33,806 nucleotides of DNA from an uncultured Candidatus Saccharibacteria bacterium (GTDB lineage Bacteria > Patescibacteriota > Saccharimonadia > Saccharimonadales > JAGPDM01). The notes below the pieces were generated by a model. It was not told where the DNA came from, made no database searches, and worked only from the letters and a program-made list of their open reading frames with translations. Position 1 is the first letter of the stretch. The number at the start of each line of letters is the position of its first letter. Positions 32,111 to 33,806 of the stretch are shown piece after piece. The stretch is taken from positions 1-33,806 of the forward strand of contig CAZUNB010000008.1 in assembly GCA_964622235.1 (NCBI GenBank), given 5' to 3'. The translations under genes and the position numbers were made by a program.

Positions 32111-33806
32111 TTAAAAGCCATATCTATTTTTCAAACTACTGATAGCTGCGACTAGATCGCCTCCAGTTTTGCCTTTTAGCTCACCCAGTTGCGATGCTAG
32201 GAACCCATCATGACCAGTAACGAGGTACGTGTCAGGGTTATTTACTACCTGATCAATTGCTGCTTGATTCCCTCCCCCAATAATCGACTGGAGATGTCCG
32301 AGGAACCCGTTCATCTGTTCTGCAACATTTGGGTTATAATTAGCAATGTACTCAGGCGTACTAAATATACCACCATTATCAAAGATATCGTTTCTACCTG
32401 GGAGTACGCTCTGTAATCTACCAAGTTCGTAGGTTATATTAGGTGAGTTAGGGAAATTACGTGCTAACTGAGTAACGGCGTCCATTTGTTGGATGTGAAT
32501 AGGGTCTTGTGATTGCGCTTCAACAACTCGTCCGATCGCATCACGAACTACTTCAGGTCCACGTAGGTCGGCCATCTGCTGCCATTTTTCTCCAGCATTT
32601 GACTCTATAAAGTGGCCCCACGCAAAACGTTTTTCAGGGCTCCATGACTCATAAATAGCTCGCATCTGTTCTTTGACGTCAGCCATATTATCGACCAACT
32701 TAGGATCGTCAAAACCTGGTAGTAATCTTGTTAAATGATCAGCGTTTCTGCCACTTGCCTGGTGACTCTGTAGCATATTTACGGCAGCATCCCACTCTGG
32801 AGTATCAGGGCGAATTTTACCGCCAGAAAGAAGTGACTGCAAGTCGATATCTTTCTTGGCAAGGTAGTCTCCTGGTAACCATTCATGAACTTTATCAGCC
32901 GCATCACCAAACCAGCTCCCGATATCGCCCAATCCGTCCCTAATTCCTTCTGCATGGTCGGAGATATACTCTCCAGCGTAAGCGGCACCTTTACCAAGAA
33001 CTGCAGTTACTAATACTCTTCCGATTAGTTTTCTAGTTGTTCGTATCCTCTCGCCTCTAAAGTCGGCATTGATTTCCTTTTCAGTCGCACGTCTTGATGA
33101 TTTGACAACTTCTTCTGGTGTTGTTCCTCGTACGGCTTTCACGACACGCTTACCAAGCTTCTCGGTACGGTGGCCTAATTTCTTCCATCGCTTATGCTCA
33201 GACATACTTTCTTCTTTGGTACGAAGTGCATTAATCGCTGGTGCAGATCGTAGAGCCGTAACCACAGGAGCGATGACCAGAACGGGTCCACCGAAGAAAG
33301 CGGCACCGGCACCGGCAACACCAATTGCAGCAGTTGTAAGGCTTTTACCCCACCAAGGAAGGTTTCTCCAACCTTTAGCAGCACGTAGCACTGTTCGATA
33401 GTACCGCGAACCGGCATTTATGTCGTTTGTGCTACCATCAGCCCGTTGCCTCAAGCCATCATTTTGCATTGACACACCAACTTCAGCGATACGAAGACTA
33501 TCCTCTTTTGCCTCAAGTTGTGAGTTTCGGATGATAATTGCTTCGGGTGTATTTGGGATATCCCCATTAGCGATCTCGTTCTCAATCTGCGTTTGACGAA
33601 CTGTTTCAGCAGCTCCGAGATATCGTTCTTTAGATCTTCTACGCTCACCACGTCTTTTTAAGATTCGCAGGCTACCGAATGTTCGGCTTGTCTTAACCGC
33701 ATCACTTGCTAGCAACCTTCGCTGGGTTGCAAGATCTAATTCTGCGGTACTTAGTGTTGCTGCTCGGGCTGCCTCAGCTGCAGCTTCAGTGGCTGCAGTG
33801 TTTGCC
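32111..33806 (-). CDS. Large hypothetical membrane-associated protein (C-terminal 565+ codons; N-terminus lies beyond the right edge)
   Basis: The track starts it at a TTG at 33715. The frame actually stays open to the window edge, with upstream codons reading ANTAATEAAAEAARAATLSTAELDLATQRR. It has basic and coiled stretches and a Gly/Ala-rich hydrophobic segment (LTTAAIGVAGAGAAFFGGPVLVIAPVVTAL). The ~250-aa C-terminal domain has no motif I recognise. Confidence 0.7.
   Translation of the reverse strand, partial: ANTAATEAAAEAARAATLSTAELDLATQRRLLASDAVKTSRTFGSLRILKRRGERRRSKERYLGAAETVRQTQIENEIANGDIPNTPEAIIIRNSQLEAKEDSLRIAEVGVSMQNDGLRQRADGSTNDINAGSRYYRTVLRAAKGWRNLPWWGKSLTTAAIGVAGAGAAFFGGPVLVIAPVVTALRSAPAINALRTKEESMSEHKRWKKLGHRTEKLGKRVVKAVRGTTPEEVVKSSRRATEKEINADFRGERIRTTRKLIGRVLVTAVLGKGAAYAGEYISDHAEGIRDGLGDIGSWFGDAADKVHEWLPGDYLAKKDIDLQSLLSGGKIRPDTPEWDAAVNMLQSHQASGRNADHLTRLLPGFDDPKLVDNMADVKEQMRAIYESWSPEKRFAWGHFIESNAGEKWQQMADLRGPEVVRDAIGRVVEAQSQDPIHIQQMDAVTQLARNFPNSPNITYELGRLQSVLPGRNDIFDNGGIFSTPEYIANYNPNVAEQMNGFLGHLQSIIGGGNQAAIDQVVNNPDTYLVTGHDGFLASQLGELKGKTGGDLVAAISSLKNRYGF

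Noticed and set aside
32111-33806. The idea that the right-end ORF is a prophage tape-measure protein, based on its coil and Gly/Ala hydrophobic segment.
   Set aside because: The window contains no phage structural, integrase, terminase or lysis genes. The downstream genes are acidic helical proteins and a charged coil protein, not tail components. I kept it as a way to refute the cassette finding rather than as a call.
1-33806. A scan for CRISPR arrays, tRNA or rRNA genes, IS elements or transposases, integrases, and toxin-antitoxin or known defence gene motifs.
   Set aside because: Intergenic spacers are short (mostly under 200 bp), AT-rich and lack direct-repeat arrays or cloverleaf-like GC stems. 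No ORF carries DDE, tyrosine-recombinase, PIN, HEPN or nuclease/helicase defence-type motifs that I could recognise by eye.

Overview
The window is a gene-dense, low-GC (about 40% by eye) bacterial chromosome segment. Almost all genes are on the minus strand, and many adjacent genes overlap by 1-16 nt. TGA is used as a stop codon (polA, mutM), so this is the standard bacterial code. Most of the window is core information-processing and nucleotide metabolism. In left-to-right window order the genes are: ftsK (partial), rnj, pnp, rpsO, truB, a DHH-like gene, rpsT, holA, mutM, polA, a P-loop kinase, nadK, rpoD, dnaG, orn, an LD-carboxypeptidase, purF, prs, a frameshifted msrB and a class II ilvC. 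Small membrane-anchored hypothetical proteins are scattered among them. The gene set, the low-complexity tails on housekeeping proteins and the many tiny anchored proteins suggest a reduced-genome monoderm-like bacterium, possibly Patescibacteria/Saccharibacteria. That placement is inference only. I saw no rRNA, tRNA, CRISPR array, transposase or integrase. The only clearly non-housekeeping region is the right end (29767-33806). It holds two tandem cassettes, each a large highly charged protein with a Gly/Ala-rich hydrophobic patch followed by one of two paralogous ~110-aa acidic proteins. I cannot assign any of the four to a known family, and this is my best candidate for an undescribed system. 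Secondary observations are: a catalytically degenerate DHH-like protein with a long proline-rich tail, a 42-codon ORF where rbfA normally sits, a frameshifted msrB, a plant-type class II KARI with no ilv neighbours, basic low-complexity tails on S20 and RNase J, and an 18-bp inverted repeat downstream of orn. Every family call comes from reading motifs by eye. No searches were run.
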